Source: a virus (Duplodnaviria; Caudoviricetes). Taken from it: 64,000 nucleotides of DNA. The stretch lies in IMG/VR virus record IMGVR_UViG_3300028805_000048, one strand, 5' to 3'. Positions 32,301 to 41,511 of the stretch are shown one piece after another. Within the stretch, counting starts at the first letter, position 1. Each line of letters begins with the position of its first letter. A program made the position numbers and the translations under genes. A model generated the notes under the pieces. The model made no database searches and was not told the origin of the DNA. It was given only the letters and a program-made list of their open reading frames with translations.

Positions 32301-34774
32301 CCACCGTCTTGTGTTTCATCTTCTTTGACAACTAGATAATTATTGTTTGTTGGAGCTTCGAATCCAGCATCTATAAATCCTTGTGCGGTTGTTGGAATAT
32401 CAGCATATGTATTCCAAGAACCATCAAAAGTAGCAGTATTTGTTTGTATTGATGAGTTAACAAAGTTTTTATCTGCCAGTTGATTAGATGATGAAGCTTG
32501 AGCTGGAATTTTACTATTTATAGTTGAAATGTCATTTTTGTTTGTTGTAACTTGATTTACAACTGTTGATGTAACGCCAGAATTTAAAGCATTTTGTTGT
32601 GCGGTTGTAGTTAAATCGTTTATAGTTGTTGTATCTGGTAATGCATCTACGTCAGAATATGTAAGAGTGATATCTGTTGTTAAAGCTTTATTGTTTATTT
32701 TACGAGATGTAGGAACGTAATCGGCTAAATTATTTTTAACAAAAGCAGTAGATGCAGCTTTTGTTGAGCTATCTGTTTTTGTTTGTGTTGCTACAGTTAC
32801 TGTACCAGCTGTTCCAGTAAACGTAGAATTAGCAGGTATTGTTATACCATCTGTGAATGTCTTGATACCAGCAACATTTTCTACTCCAGTATTATGTACA
32901 ACTTTAGCATCTTCTGTTGCTATAGCCCTTGTTACATAAGCTGTTGAAGCAGCACTTGTTGAATTATTATTTTCCGCTAATGTTCCAACAACTGGTGTTG
33001 TAGAAAACGTTTTTGTACCAGCTATCGTTTCATTACCGGTCTTATGAACGACATTAGAATCATCTGATTTAGTATTTAACTGATCTTGAATAGATGATGT
33101 AACACCACTTACATAACTTAATTCTGTCGAAGTCACATTTGATACAGCTACTTTACCATCGTTATTTGATATTAAAGCTCTATTGTTTGTCAAATTGTCA
33201 TCTACAATTGTTGTAGCTGCACCAGTTATTGTATCTTGTTTAGTATTTAATCCAGTATCAACATATTTTTTAGAAGTAGCATGTCCACCATTCGTAGGAG
33301 TTTCTGGAACAAATAAATCACCTGTTGAAGTTCTTTGTGGGATTTTATTAGCGACAGCTTCTTTTTGATAAGGTAATGTGGTTTGATTGCCATTATTATC
33401 AGTTCCATAAAGTATATTAGAGGTTGTTACTTTATCTACTTTATTACCTATAGCTTGATTTCTAGCACCGACTGTATCAATTTGAATAGAATCAGATGTG
33501 TTTTCTGTAGGAGTAGGAGCAGTAGCATAACTAGTACCATCTTTTTCTATATATAAACCTAATGTAGAATTAATGATTGTATCATCGGATTTTTTATTAC
33601 TTACATTTAAGATATTTCCTACTGTACCTTGTGTGTTGACTGATGCGTTGTTGCTTGCAAATTCAATACCATTTTTGTCTACAGTTTTATAACCAGAAAA
33701 ATGTTCTGTTGAAGGTGTATCACCGATTCCATAATCTATTGTTTGGAAATTAATTCTATTTTCAGATACACCTGTAGAAAATGTCTTTGTACCTGTAATA
33801 ATTTCATTACCCGCTTTATGAACAACAAGATCATCTTCTGCTTTAGTAGCTATAGCCGCTGTGTTTGCTGCAATGTTTATAGTATTTGTTTCTACTTGTT
33901 CTCTTAAATCTTCAAAATCATCATCTGGTTTAAGTTTAACTGGATAAATAAATGTAAAATCTAAAACATGTTTATATGCATCTGTTGTAAAGTCTGCTAA
34001 TTTAATAATATATTCTTTAGTTGCAGATCCGTTTAGTGAATAATACCAAAAATTTTCACTTTTTACATATTGATGACAATAATCAGTTAAATAAAGATTA
34101 TCAAGATTATCAACATCTTCTAAAAACATTTGTTGCTCTACTTCTTGCATAGAAGTCATATAAAGAGCACGATTATCTGAAGGAAATTGAGGTAATTCTC
34201 TAATAGAAACAGTATTATTTAATGATACTTGGAAAATACTTTGTGGATTATCATTGTCTTCTCTTATACCATCTGGAATTAAAACTTCTATTCCAGGTAA
34301 TACAAAAGCATGATGGCCTACAAAACCTATACCATTAAATATTAAATCATTACCACGTCTAGATTTTGTAAAATATGCAACATCACCAATAATATCTATT
34401 GAACAAAGAGGATATGTAACATGTATATCAGTAGTACCATTTTCATAATATAAAATTTCTTTTGTAGAAGTATTAAACCAAGCATGCTTGGTAATTCCTT
34501 CCATATCATCTGACATTCCAGATACTACATTTTCTTTTAAAACAGGAATAAGCGTTCCATTTGTTCTAGCGAATACAATCCATTGCGTATCTTCACCTGA
34601 AACATCGATTGTAACATGTTTGTCAGCATCAATTGTTATAGTATGATATGTATTTCCACTATCTGTTAAAACGCTTCCACTAACTAAAGTCAAAACGTTA
34701 CTTTCTAATGTCATATTAAGATTTTCTTGAATTTTTATAATAACGTTAGAAATTGTTACATTTTGAGTATCCAA
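26399..34774 (-). CDS. Very long modular tail fibre (2791 aa)
   Basis: About 10 VVHKTGxETIxGxKTF repeats, 5 QIDTVGARN, 4 KITYDSKGLVT, 3 VPTSRKINNKAL; TTG start. Confidence 0.85.
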   Translation of the reverse strand: MDTQNVTISNVIIKIQENLNMTLESNVLTLVSGSVLTDSGNTYHTITIDADKHVTIDVSGEDTQWIVFARTNGTLIPVLKENVVSGMSDDMEGITKHAWFNTSTKEILYYENGTTDIHVTYPLCSIDIIGDVAYFTKSRRGNDLIFNGIGFVGHHAFVLPGIEVLIPDGIREDNDNPQSIFQVSLNNTVSIRELPQFPSDNRALYMTSMQEVEQQMFLEDVDNLDNLYLTDYCHQYVKSENFWYYSLNGSATKEYIIKLADFTTDAYKHVLDFTFIYPVKLKPDDDFEDLREQVETNTINIAANTAAIATKAEDDLVVHKAGNEIITGTKTFSTGVSENRINFQTIDYGIGDTPSTEHFSGYKTVDKNGIEFASNNASVNTQGTVGNILNVSNKKSDDTIINSTLGLYIEKDGTSYATAPTPTENTSDSIQIDTVGARNQAIGNKVDKVTTSNILYGTDNNGNQTTLPYQKEAVANKIPQRTSTGDLFVPETPTNGGHATSKKYVDTGLNTKQDTITGAATTIVDDNLTNNRALISNNDGKVAVSNVTSTELSYVSGVTSSIQDQLNTKSDDSNVVHKTGNETIAGTKTFSTTPVVGTLAENNNSTSAASTAYVTRAIATEDAKVVHNTGVENVAGIKTFTDGITIPANSTFTGTAGTVTVATQTKTDSSTKAASTAFVKNNLADYVPTSRKINNKALTTDITLTYSDVDALPDTTTINDLTTTAQQNALNSGVTSTVVNQVTTNKNDISTINSKIPAQASSSNQLADKNFVNSSIQTNTATFDGSWNTYADIPTTAQGFIDAGFEAPTNNNYLVVKEDETQDGGTWRYKYASSSTTYDKANWKVEYEVNETPMTAEQLAALNSGITSSSVAQITTNKNAIGTLSSLSTTEKSNLVDAINELDSDKVDANTAITGATKCKITYDSKGLVTAGANLAASDIPNLASNKITAMTGYSKATGSNAIETSDSLNTAIGKLEYKADNAVVANSSITGATHTKITYDSKGLVTAGTDLSASDIPSLTLSKISDITASAAELNVLDGITASTTELNYTDGVTSNIQNQLNAKQDTITGAATTIVSSNLTASRALISNSSGKVVVSDVTSTELGYLDGVTSAIQTQLNNKVEKNSSITGATKCKITYDSKGLVTEGADLTASDIPSLSLSKITDVTASASEVNVLDGITASTTELNYVDGVTSNIQDQLDTKAVDNNVVHKTGDETIDGIKTFQKKEILYQGIDLVNGGVTKGTNPESTQYWGLFRINDKTNSNTWANTRLGIAEAALDTTGQTTLALGVYKNEAASTNRSAIVIGYNLTSGAYATAPSPSASNATNTTNIATTGWVNNPTLSTNVVHRTADETIDGNKTFTGILKGQAISYTNHAMELGHSGKDYMNFWEYGGLWNFYKSQAGTNTLIAKIAELTTSTNDESLATTAWVNNKGYALDADVVHKTGNETVAGNKTFTNDITANSFIGNLNGDNYIQWGGPNLTENVSPSDAGCIDDFGHNKASYWRGLIDIEYTTDGTTWIDYGATDIQKWQLVTRTGFNAVVGKGTLTANGGTLTNENVDKVRARITLHIKDSNNESRFYSAIKKILLNVSTAGAGGTRVNISVRTIANYIAGNDIWVDKGTYNVSGWSGWNSIPFVEKLGGYNNQTNQYGDLRIEIWSTFVNTSNTCCAGISDIRLIGVTNWIVDDFAKTGYIYSFDKDKNVIFPATVSYSTPAVSDNSTKGATTAWVKSQGYITSSSSVAWNNITGTPTTISGYGITDAYTKTEADGKYVALTGNQTVAGVKTFNNEVIFKDAARLKNNITPSLTTTRDTDIPLLQVTTNTDGKVDGPSINRFVKYNANGNNKRYVAYRAGFRNAADTGNIWPTLEIGLDESENRYAKFDTQYALTPTPTEDTTSSTQIDTVGARNTKLQNYVPTSRKINNKALTADITLSASDVGALPSSTVIPTITDTYSATSSDGMSGKAVASAISNKADKATSLSGYGITDAYTKTEIDGKLSGAMHFKGTKASVSNLPTTGNVQGDMWNVTDTGANYAWDGSAWDKLSENIDLSGVVPTSRKINNKALTADITLSASDVGAVASNTAITGATKCKITYDSKGLVTAGANLDASDIPNLSLSKITDVTATATEVNVLDGITATTAELNYTDGVTSNIQTQLNAKAADNDVVHKTGNETIAGTKTFSSPIDGTINTTVAAGSTKELLRAKIADNDYFRLMTGGASNAGYVELATADDYNEPIYVRQYQGGFATLKRTATLLDGSGNTSFPGTVSANRLTAPVLDGSLVAYQTHNGETGNLYRKLGEIILTGQYQSVVVPFFYYKDAVNTTEVGYQGKISLRVDATAGVIGTSTTGVVLSEYPDWINNGNVKFYVLYKNNTPESNQATCEIWSYVKNAWDGCKIVPMNYHGYGRNSWTWYDNIAGVESLPDGYSQIEQKYGRMYTTAPSEDTTTSKQIDTVGARNTKLASYALDNNVVHKTGDESISGVKTFTQNNAHIVIKTTSANYGEEKYGQGYLHFLTGDNKETGYVNSYLVNATQTKTELVASWLGTNSRAILRLKQNEDGSKAAELFAPTEDTTSSIQIDTVGARNTKLASYALDANVVHKTGNETIGGIKTFTSSPVYTTSANWQTPYEVRLTNVDYKVNPSDYIAESPFAVRDKNNQHMAYLQYRYETSGESSYELHARARNTADTANVDAGIKVAAKKDGTVYTSVPTPTEDNTTSTQIDTVGARNTKLASYALDANVVHKSGTETINDVKTFTANINANTSVTVGQHAVMSYNSTTEALEFSFI

Positions 34775-34883
34775 AGTTTTTATCCTGTAATTAAAAATAT
34801 TTAAAATTAATATAAATCAGATTCTTCTTCTGGTATTTTCTTTTCACCATAATTTTCTTGCACATCTTTCATAACATTGCTTA

Positions 34884-35501
34884 TTACCATTCTCCTATTT
34901 TTTTAATGTTTGTTATAGTCCAATTATCATGTTGTGGATCATCAAAACTATCACTTCCCCATGCAAAATCAAAAGAAATGAGAGAAGTCTCTCCTGTATC
35001 CAATTGATTGGTAACTTTTAATTCGTTATTACTATTCAGTACAATATAATTTTTACCTGGTTCCCCATAACCTGATTCATAAGTAAGACTTTGAGATGGT
35101 AGATAGAAAGCAGTTGTTATATATGGAAAACTAGAATTATCTGCACTAAACCATAAATTACCGTAATCATTGCCCATAATAAGAGCAATAGGAGTGTAAA
35201 CAACAATAGTATCTTGTGATACATTTTTAGCTTTTGCTATAATACCTCTAGTTGCTTCGGCAGAAAGAGTTAAACCTCCTAGTGTAGCTCCACTATCATA
35301 TCTTTCCATTCCTTCTCTATAAGTTGTTTCAACCCTCATTAAAGGCTCTTCAACTGATGTTCCATCTTGTATGCTTTCAATAGCTGCAGGAAGATTTGAT
35401 AAGTTTTGTGTAGCTGGTAATGTTCCACCTTTATTAGATATAGCTGTATAAGCTGCTGCTACTTTTGCTTGTGCATTTTGAATTGCGCTTGCTATAGACA
35501 T
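34884..35501 (-). CDS. Virion accessory / receptor-binding protein
   Basis: MSIASAI...AISNKGGTLP...LPAAIESI N-terminal adaptor seen in fibre-associated proteins. Confidence 0.5.
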   Translation of the reverse strand: MSIASAIQNAQAKVAAAYTAISNKGGTLPATQNLSNLPAAIESIQDGTSVEEPLMRVETTYREGMERYDSGATLGGLTLSAEATRGIIAKAKNVSQDTIVVYTPIALIMGNDYGNLWFSADNSSFPYITTAFYLPSQSLTYESGYGEPGKNYIVLNSNNELKVTNQLDTGETSLISFDFAWGSDSFDDPQHDNWTITNIKKIGEW

Positions 35502-35511
35502 TATTCACTCC

Positions 35512-36018
35512 TTATAACGCATTAATTAAGGTTTCAATATCGCCAATCAAATCATAAACGCATTTAGCACTAGGATACTGCGCATCAGTTGAAGAACTTG
35601 ACAAGCTAAATACTCTATTGCTCGTATTTTCTTTACCAAGCAATGCATCGTAAACTATTTTTGTATTTGGATATTTTGTTGTTGAAGCCAAATCAGCTAC
35701 CAAAGATGTTGACATATTTGATTTTAACTGCATTATGTTTCTAGCTTCTTCATCTTCGATTATATAAGTATTTGTACCGTTAGATAATTTACCAATATAT
35801 TCATAAGGTATCAATGTATAGGTTTCTCTATCAACAGTTGTTACTGTTTGTGACCAATAACCATCTGCAGAAATTGTAACTTGTCTACCAATACTAACAG
35901 CGGCTTCATATCGTTGATTTGATGCATCAGCTGTTATATACGCTGATGAAGTTCTTTCCATGACTTTAAGATTTGTTAAAGGATAAGGTTTTATATATAT
36001 ATTACCAGCTTGTGCCAT
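35512..36018 (-). CDS. Tail fibre-associated protein
   Basis: STTKYPNTK / STDAQYPSAKCVYD repeats. Confidence 0.5.
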   Translation of the reverse strand: MAQAGNIYIKPYPLTNLKVMERTSSAYITADASNQRYEAAVSIGRQVTISADGYWSQTVTTVDRETYTLIPYEYIGKLSNGTNTYIIEDEEARNIMQLKSNMSTSLVADLASTTKYPNTKIVYDALLGKENTSNRVFSLSSSSTDAQYPSAKCVYDLIGDIETLINAL

Positions 36019-36036
36019 TTTATTGCTCCTTTATAA

Positions 36037-38940
36037 TTATGATATCGTGAGTGTTTTTGTTGCAGAATCATAAGACCAAGTAGAACTACCACCTCCAGCA
36101 TCAAGTGCAATAGTATCTCCAGTTGCTTGATTGAGTGTAAATGATCCTTTAGTTACCCCGCCTTGTGTAATAGTGATTGTCGGATTGTTAACAGTTGGAA
36201 TAAGTGTACTAACGTTAACCGTACCAGTATTATTAGCTGTTACTGTTGTTGTACCGTTTGTAATATTGACTGGAATATAGTAAGTTCCATTAGATGGTTT
36301 AGGGGCTACAATATTTATATTTGCCCAATATCTAAAACCTAACCAAGTAGTACCTGATTGAGATGTGTTAATATTCATCAAAGCATTACCACTTATTGTA
36401 TTAGGTCTATATTCAAATGCTGCAAGTTCTCCATTTGAATTATCGAATAATGTAAATCCTAATTTATCAGCTGCTGCACTTTGTTTAAAATGAATTTTCT
36501 TTTCACCAATAAATGTTTTTATTCCAGTAATATCTTGATCAGTATTAGATACAATCGTAGGACTTGTTACACTTACAACATTATTTGTGATATCAATACC
36601 TGTACCGGCCGTATATGATGAACCACCACCTACATCAACATATACATCATCAGAATCATCTGCTTCAAATGTTGCAACAGCTGTTCCATTTCGTGACATT
36701 ATCAGTTTTCCATTATTAGGATTGCTTGCTATTTTATTACTACCTAATGTTATACCATAATCTAATATATTATATAAAGTATTATTATCAAGTGCATCAA
36801 CTGATGTAGAAACTGAAGTATAAACTGTTTCTTGTCCTTCTGAACCAGTTATGCTCATTGCTATAACTCTATTACCGCCTTGACTTAAATTATACCAACT
36901 CAATTCAGTAGATTGATTAATTTGAGTAGGTGTTGTCCAAGTTATTCCATCTATAGAAGTTGAAATATAACCATATTCACTTATGGCTACAAATTTAGTA
37001 CCGTCATAAGTTATATTTTCCCAAACATATGAACTATCATCTAATACTTTTGTAGCTGCTGTCCAGGTTTCACCATCGGTAGATGTTGAAATTTCACCAT
37101 AATAGTTTAAAGTAACAAACTTTCCATCACCGAATGTTATTGGTGATTCCTCAATTTGTAAATGACTACTAGACTCTGTCCAATGTATACCATCTGTTGA
37201 TGTTGCATAATATCCATTTAAATAAGTAGCAATGAACTTTCCATTACCATAAGTAAGACCGAGTACTGGATAACTTAGACCAGTTTCACTACTATCATAC
37301 ACTTCTGTCCAATTTATACCATCACTTGAAACAAAAAGATATTCTGTATATTCACTAGATACATCATATACACAGATAAATTTACCAGCTCCATAAGTCA
37401 TTTTGTCTGGAACAGAACCTAATACATTACTAGTTTGAGTAGGTATAGTCCAAGTTATACCATCTGTTGATATTGCTGCTACACCACCACTACCAATCAT
37501 AACAAACTTAGTTCCATTCCAAACAGGATAACACCATGTTTTATTAGCTAAAGTAGCAACACTAGTTGCATTTGACCAAGTTAAACTAAAGAAAGCATCA
37601 TATTGAGCTTTAGTACCAGTCCACAATTTTAAAGCTGTAGTATCATCTCTAGAATTGATCACACCAACTACTTGTAATTCATTTGAAGAATTTTCTGTAA
37701 TTGACTTGTCATCATAACTAACAGAACCACTACCGGATGAATATGATGCAATTTTATTTTGACCTAAATATAATCCATTTTCTACAACATTATATAATGT
37801 ATTTTGATCAATTGATACTTCAGAAGTAGAAACGTAGCCAACGCCTCCAATGATTACAAATTTGTTTTGGCCATAGGCCATATCTTTCCAAGGATCATCT
37901 CCAACAGAAAGTTTATCATCATAGGTAGCCGCTGTCCAAGTAATACCGTCTGTAGATGTAGATATATAACCATAATCCCAACCACCAAACGCTACACACT
38001 TGACTCCATCATATATCAGTTTACACCAACTATTACTTCCTAAATCATTATTTTGTGTTGCTACTATCCAATTTATACCATCTGTGGAGGTTGAAATATA
38101 ACCAGAATAACCAAGAGCTATATATTTGGTACCATCCCAAACTACACTTTTCCACTCATTATCTCCCAAATTACTAACTTGTATAGATTGTGACCAAGTA
38201 GTACCATTTATAGAAGTTGATACATAACCACTATAACTTATAGCGATGAACTTTCCATTGCCATAACATAAAGCATACAAATAATCTTGATTATTTAAAT
38301 TACTATCAATAGTAGCTACTGTCCATGTAGTACCGTCTGTTGAAGTTGAGATATAAGTATCTTCTTCACTCAATGCTCCTATAGCAACAAACTTTCCATC
38401 ACCATAGGTTATAGTACACCACTCTCTATTACCAAGATTACTAATTTTAATAGCAGTACTCCAAGTAGTACCATCGGTCGAAGTTGAAATATAACCATCA
38501 TAACTAAGAGCTACAAACTTAGTACCGTCATAAGCTAGACAATTCATGTTTGTTAAATTTTGATTTATTGTTGCAGTATCCCAATTAAAACCAAAAAGAT
38601 TAGCATATTGTGCTTGTGTACCAGTCCAAGTTTTAATAGCTTTTGTATTATCATTAGAATCTATAACACCGACAGTTTGGATCTCATCAGATATATTTTT
38701 TGTAATAGATTTATCATCGCAATCAACTGAACCACCACCTTGAATATCAATGTTACCGCTACCTAAGATAGATTCATCGTTGATAGTCTTGATATTAGTA
38801 CCACTAACAAGAGTATCTTGCTTTGTATTAGCAATAGTATCAATATAAGTTTTTGTAGCTTTTTGTGATGGAATATATAAATCTGAATTTTCAGATAAAG
38901 TTGTATCTGTGTCGAGATTATAAAATTTACTTTTTAGCAT
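36037..38940 (-). CDS. Tail fibre / adhesin with two tandem beta-propeller (Asp-box-like) modules
   Basis: Many YGxGKFVA...ISTSTDGxTW repeats; duplicated DDKSIT...WTGTxAQY linker. Confidence 0.75.
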   Translation of the reverse strand: MLKSKFYNLDTDTTLSENSDLYIPSQKATKTYIDTIANTKQDTLVSGTNIKTINDESILGSGNIDIQGGGSVDCDDKSITKNISDEIQTVGVIDSNDNTKAIKTWTGTQAQYANLFGFNWDTATINQNLTNMNCLAYDGTKFVALSYDGYISTSTDGTTWSTAIKISNLGNREWCTITYGDGKFVAIGALSEEDTYISTSTDGTTWTVATIDSNLNNQDYLYALCYGNGKFIAISYSGYVSTSINGTTWSQSIQVSNLGDNEWKSVVWDGTKYIALGYSGYISTSTDGINWIVATQNNDLGSNSWCKLIYDGVKCVAFGGWDYGYISTSTDGITWTAATYDDKLSVGDDPWKDMAYGQNKFVIIGGVGYVSTSEVSIDQNTLYNVVENGLYLGQNKIASYSSGSGSVSYDDKSITENSSNELQVVGVINSRDDTTALKLWTGTKAQYDAFFSLTWSNATSVATLANKTWCYPVWNGTKFVMIGSGGVAAISTDGITWTIPTQTSNVLGSVPDKMTYGAGKFICVYDVSSEYTEYLFVSSDGINWTEVYDSSETGLSYPVLGLTYGNGKFIATYLNGYYATSTDGIHWTESSSHLQIEESPITFGDGKFVTLNYYGEISTSTDGETWTAATKVLDDSSYVWENITYDGTKFVAISEYGYISTSIDGITWTTPTQINQSTELSWYNLSQGGNRVIAMSITGSEGQETVYTSVSTSVDALDNNTLYNILDYGITLGSNKIASNPNNGKLIMSRNGTAVATFEADDSDDVYVDVGGGSSYTAGTGIDITNNVVSVTSPTIVSNTDQDITGIKTFIGEKKIHFKQSAAADKLGFTLFDNSNGELAAFEYRPNTISGNALMNINTSQSGTTWLGFRYWANINIVAPKPSNGTYYIPVNITNGTTTVTANNTGTVNVSTLIPTVNNPTITITQGGVTKGSFTLNQATGDTIALDAGGGSSTWSYDSATKTLTIS

Positions 38941-39069
38941 GGTATAATTTATCCGTCAAAATTAAAAAATAATAAATAAAATGTACATACTCTATAGAAC
39001 TTTAATTTGTATTTACTAAAGTAAAGAATATGGTTTTACATATTATGAATTATATTTATGATAATCATT

Positions 39070-39228
39070 ATGACAAGAATAAATATGATATCAGTTAAAG
39101 AATTAAAAGACAAAAATCGAAATGGCTTTAAAGATTTATTTGTTCGTGAAAATATACTACTACACTATGCAATTTATGAAAAAATCCACTTTTATATGTC
39201 AAAAGAAATCCCACTATTGCCCCAATAG
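39070..39228 (+). pseudogene. Possible remnant of a denV-like pyrimidine-dimer glycosylase
   Basis: 52-aa ORF starting MTRINMISVKELKD, resembling T4 endonuclease V MTRINLTLVSELAD; resemblance stops after ~14 aa. Confidence 0.4.
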
Positions 39229-39289
39229 ATAAGATTATGTTAAGAATTGTATCTAGTATTTCTAAAAATTCTTTAGTTGAGTCTTTCAT
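39128..39289 (-). CDS. Unannotated 53-aa single-TM peptide
   Basis: MKDSTKEFLEILDTILNIILSIGAIVGFLLTYKSGFFHKL...; ATG lies 7 nt after a GTTCTA motif (39297-39302). Confidence 0.55.
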   Translation of the reverse strand: MKDSTKEFLEILDTILNIILSIGAIVGFLLTYKSGFFHKLHSVVVYFHEQINL

Positions 39290-39331
39290 GATTAATTAGA
39301 ACTAAGATAATACCATCTTTCTATAAAAATT

Positions 39332-39359
39332 GAGAGAGCTATAAAAATATAGCCCTCTC
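39332..39359 (-). terminator. Terminator after tail sheath gene
   Basis: GAGAGAGCTATA/TATAGCCCTCTC stem with T run on the - strand. Confidence 0.65.
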
Positions 39360-39390
39360 TAATATCAAATATTTATAAATTTGTATCTAT

Positions 39391-41373
39391 TTAACTTCCT
39401 GTTGAAACAGTAGTTGTTGCTATACCATTTTCTACAGTTGTTGTGAGAAGAATGAATTCTGCACAATATACTGGAGTTAAATAGATATCAATCTTCATCT
39501 GATTGTTTGCGATGACCTGCGCGGTATTATTTGTTTCATTACAAATAACACGATAAGATCCGATTCCATCGGCTGAAAGAACTTGATCCAAGAAAGCATT
39601 GAATTGCAAAGTAATCTGTTGACGCTCAGAAGCGGTATTATTTTCGAAAACATGATATCGCGCAGCGTCACGTAATACAGTCTCGATATAAATAACTGTT
39701 CTTGCAACATTGATTCTATCAAGTGCAGAAGGCTTCTGCTGTAATGTTCTTTGACCCCAGTTAACATAACCAGCACCTGGATTTCTTACAATGCAATTGA
39801 CTTGATTGTCTGTGTAAAGATTTCCACCTTGTGTTTCATTGTAGTACTGTGTCAATCCTGTAGGAGCAACAGCAGCTGCACTTAATACACCACGATTAAG
39901 ACCAGCTGGAGCTTTCCAAGGTTCATAAGCACCCATGATTTTTGCAACATATGCAGACGGACACATTACGAAGTTAGCACGTCCTTGAATTGAATCATAT
40001 GTCTTAATCCAAGGAGCACTCAAAGCACCACGATATGTGTTAAATCCTTGAATGTTACGTCTCCAATCAACTAAATCTTCATAATCTGTTTCAGTCATTG
40101 GGCAATCAAACAAACAGAAACAGTCACGTCTTGCTTCAGCTATTTCTAACATTTTAGCTTGATATGAAGTGTTTCCTTTTAATACATAACCGGAGTTAAG
40201 TAACAAAGAAACTGTTACTTGAGAACGATCACGGAATAATTCCCATGCTTCACAAAGTTTAGAATATTTTGTAGCAGCATCTGCGAATGTACCAGATTGT
40301 CCACCTGTTAATTGAACATTGGATACATAAGCAGGAACAACAATATTTTCTTCAATTAATTTTGTATTTGTGAAGACTTGAATATGCTCAGAAGAATCAT
40401 TGATTACATCTTCAATGAATGTAGAATTACCATATTGATCTTGTGCTTGATACAGTGTCAAGAATTCATAAGATTCAAGAGCTGTAATGACACGACCTAC
40501 TTTTTCATATAAAGTCAAAGAAAATGTAGTTTGATCATCTTCTGGATATAAACCAACACGTGCATTACCATCATTTATATCGTCTGTCGTTATTTCTGTT
40601 TCAGATTTTACAATATAAGTAATGATTGCTTGATCATTCGTATTTATTGTGATAGTTTTTATTTCAAAGATACCATTGATTGTTTCAGGTACCATTTTAG
40701 AAACAGCGATTTTATCACCTACTTGCGCATCTGAAAATTCACCACCCATATTATAACTACCGTCAGGATTTACTTGACAAGGTAATGTAACTGTTATGGT
40801 AGCTTCTTTTTTCGTGTTATTCCAAGTAGATGTCGTATCTGCAGAAACAGCATAAGCTTTATTTTCATTAATTGTACTATTTTCTATAGATACGTAGAAA
40901 TCACGATTGTTAGGATTTGTAGCAACTATTTTAAAAGCTGTATTTGTATCATTAGTAAATAAACCACTGTTATCACCAGCATCGCGTGAAACTTGTGCAG
41001 CTTTTACTTCTTCATAATACATTGGGGTAGCTGCAGAAGCTGTAGCACCATTCTTAGCAAAATTAGCTATAGCCCATTTAGCATCATTAGCTGTATGTTC
41101 ACCGGCTTCACCTGTTGGAACAACACGTACAAAATAATGCTGACTAATTGTTTCAGCAGCTACAGCGAGAGAATATCCAGCGTAACCATATCTTGAATTT
41201 AATTTACCAAATTTGTTTGTGTAATCTTGTAAGCCTGAAAGTAGAGTTGGTTTAAAAACAGGACCGTATTCACTTTCACCAACGTATGCAGCTGAAACAA
41301 TGGTATTATCAGCAACAACTTCACTGTTGTCTACGATAGTTGGAAATACGCCCGGGAATCTGTAGCCTGCCAT
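39391..41373 (-). CDS. Tail sheath protein (gp18-like)
   Basis: FPGV, GPVFKPTL, RRDCFCLFD, APAGLNRG, WGQRTL, LDRINVAR, FENN motifs. Confidence 0.95.
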   Translation of the reverse strand: MAGYRFPGVFPTIVDNSEVVADNTIVSAAYVGESEYGPVFKPTLLSGLQDYTNKFGKLNSRYGYAGYSLAVAAETISQHYFVRVVPTGEAGEHTANDAKWAIANFAKNGATASAATPMYYEEVKAAQVSRDAGDNSGLFTNDTNTAFKIVATNPNNRDFYVSIENSTINENKAYAVSADTTSTWNNTKKEATITVTLPCQVNPDGSYNMGGEFSDAQVGDKIAVSKMVPETINGIFEIKTITINTNDQAIITYIVKSETEITTDDINDGNARVGLYPEDDQTTFSLTLYEKVGRVITALESYEFLTLYQAQDQYGNSTFIEDVINDSSEHIQVFTNTKLIEENIVVPAYVSNVQLTGGQSGTFADAATKYSKLCEAWELFRDRSQVTVSLLLNSGYVLKGNTSYQAKMLEIAEARRDCFCLFDCPMTETDYEDLVDWRRNIQGFNTYRGALSAPWIKTYDSIQGRANFVMCPSAYVAKIMGAYEPWKAPAGLNRGVLSAAAVAPTGLTQYYNETQGGNLYTDNQVNCIVRNPGAGYVNWGQRTLQQKPSALDRINVARTVIYIETVLRDAARYHVFENNTASERQQITLQFNAFLDQVLSADGIGSYRVICNETNNTAQVIANNQMKIDIYLTPVYCAEFILLTTTVENGIATTTVSTGS

Positions 41374-41445
41374 TATTTGTTTTCCTTATAAAAGTTAAAT
41401 ATTAATATTTTAATAATTAGAACCTGTATTTTTGTATAACAAAAG

Positions 41446-41481
41446 AATAGTCTAATTTATACTTTGAACATTTAGACTATT
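41446..41481. terminator. Inverted repeat / probable terminator
   Basis: AATAGTCTAA/TTAGACTATT. Confidence 0.45.
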
Positions 41482-41511
41482 TATTTTATATAATTTATAA
41501 ATTTAACAACT

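Noticed and set aside
34807-34890. 27-aa - strand mini-ORF (MVISNVMKDVQENYGEKKIPEEESDLY)
   Set aside because: Too short, SD too close to the ATG, no motif; may be a leftover C-terminus
22569-38940. Diversity-generating retroelement or shufflon acting on tail fibres
   Set aside because: No reverse transcriptase or recombinase in the window; repeats differ at synonymous sites rather than only at adenines; no inverted crossover sites seen
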